This document shows, in pieces, positions 62,931 through 64,000 of a stretch of DNA of 64,000 nt. The stretch spans positions 124,001 to 188,000 of the forward strand of contig RBZT01000267.1 in assembly GCA_003693705.1 (NCBI GenBank), written 5' to 3'. The notes beneath the pieces are model-generated. The model ran no database searches and was not told the origin of the DNA. It saw only the letters and a list, made by a program, of their open reading frames with translations. Position numbers and translations under genes: made by a program. Every line of letters begins with the position of its first letter. Position 1 is the first letter of the stretch. The stretch is from Polymyxa betae A26-41 (lineage: Eukaryota; Protista; Endomyxa: Phytomyxea).

Positions 62931-63704
62931 ATACTAGTTTTTGATGTTCCATTGAAAACTTTTGCTAAATATGACCCGGCGTTGGGGAGCTTCCCTAAAT
63001 ATGACGTTTTAAAACGACACCGAGGCGAATGACGAGAGGTTGTCGATATCTGGGTTTAGAATAATTGGTTTATTGGCTGGGAACTTAATTTGGAAGTTGC
63101 CTGCTTCCATTTCAGGTAGCTCTGTTGTTTGTAGCTGATAATGAACCTAAATTACTAAAATGACATTCAGTTGATACTAACTCGTTTTGAGATTTCTGAT
63201 TGTCATTGATAATGACCAAAATCTACCCAAGAGTTGGTATTAGTAACAATTTTGATGAAATTTGTTATGGTTGATCATAAACAATGTATTGAAAAGTGAG
63301 TGGCCACTAATTTAATGAGATTTATGCTTGATAACGACATAAAACTGAACACAAATTGATACAATCTTATACGAGTCAGATGGCTAAGTCGTGAATTTTT
63401 TGCTACAGAAACGTGGCTTTAGGTCATGCAACTGCAGGAACAGCATCAGGACTGCAGTAGCGGGCAGGAAGCTGCAGATACAAGGATCTGCGACCGCTGG
63501 TTGCTGCCAAGAAGGTGCAGGCCCCCAGGGGGCTCGTGGGGCCAAGCAGATATGTTTGACGGTGTGTGGCCTGGCCTCGTGCCAAGTCACCAGTCAGTCC
63601 GCAGCTTAACATAATCTCCAGATCCTCAACTCCCGGGTAGTTTAGACTGCAAATCATCCGAATCAAGATACATCACCCTCATCTAGGCAGCAACTACAAC
63701 GACC

Positions 63705-64000
63705 ATGTCTGAGGAGGGTGGTTTCTCAACTAAAAAGGGGAAGGACTTCAGCATTGTCGCCTTCTTGAAGGATTTGGCTGCCGGTGGTGTTGCTGGTGGT
63801 ATTTCCAAGACTGTCGTCGCCCCTATCGAACGTGTCAAACTTCTTTTGCAAGTCCAGGCCGCTTCCACTCAGATCAAGCCCGAAGATCAGTACAAGGGTA
63901 TCGTTGACTGCTTTACTCGTGTCGCTCGTGATCAAGGTGTTCTCTCCCTGTGGAGAGGAAACTTGGCCAATGTGATCCGGTATTCTATTTAAAAGTTGTA
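63705..64000 (+). CDS. AAC: Mitochondrial ADP/ATP carrier (ANT/AAC), 5' part
   Basis: [32 protein letters not shown]...YKGIVDCF...[11 protein letters not shown]; runs off the window end. Confidence 0.96.

Overview
Gene-dense eukaryotic genomic DNA with many short (~45-60 nt) spliceosomal introns, so most genes appear as split ORFs in the six-frame track. DNAAF4 and a CEP97-like gene point to a flagellated protist; a plasmodiophorid (Phytomyxea) is my guess, not proven. About 30 protein genes are recognisable, including SKI2, an E(z)-type SET methyltransferase, RAD51, TRIT1/MOD5, RNase H1, GRASP, a formin, NOL12, ArfGAP, MED27, ZC3H3, RPS15, two DENN-family genes, DNAAF4, an F-box/ARM protein, a degenerate NodB deacetylase, two tandem MscS-like channels near an OSCA/TMEM63 channel, MTO1 and an ADP/ATP carrier. 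There is also a decayed PIF/Harbinger transposase. The most interesting signals are in ORF-free gaps. A telomerase-RNA-like core lies at 22.4-22.7 kb (boundary hairpin, 12-nt template equal to 1.5 x TTTTAGGG, pseudoknot, enclosing helix). There is also a ~480-nt structured RNA at 12.1-12.6 kb, an Sm-site RNA candidate at 32.9-33.2 kb and twin hairpins sharing a 26-nt arm at 39.6-39.8 kb. All RNA structures were derived by eye and all family assignments from remembered motifs; no folding program or database search was run.
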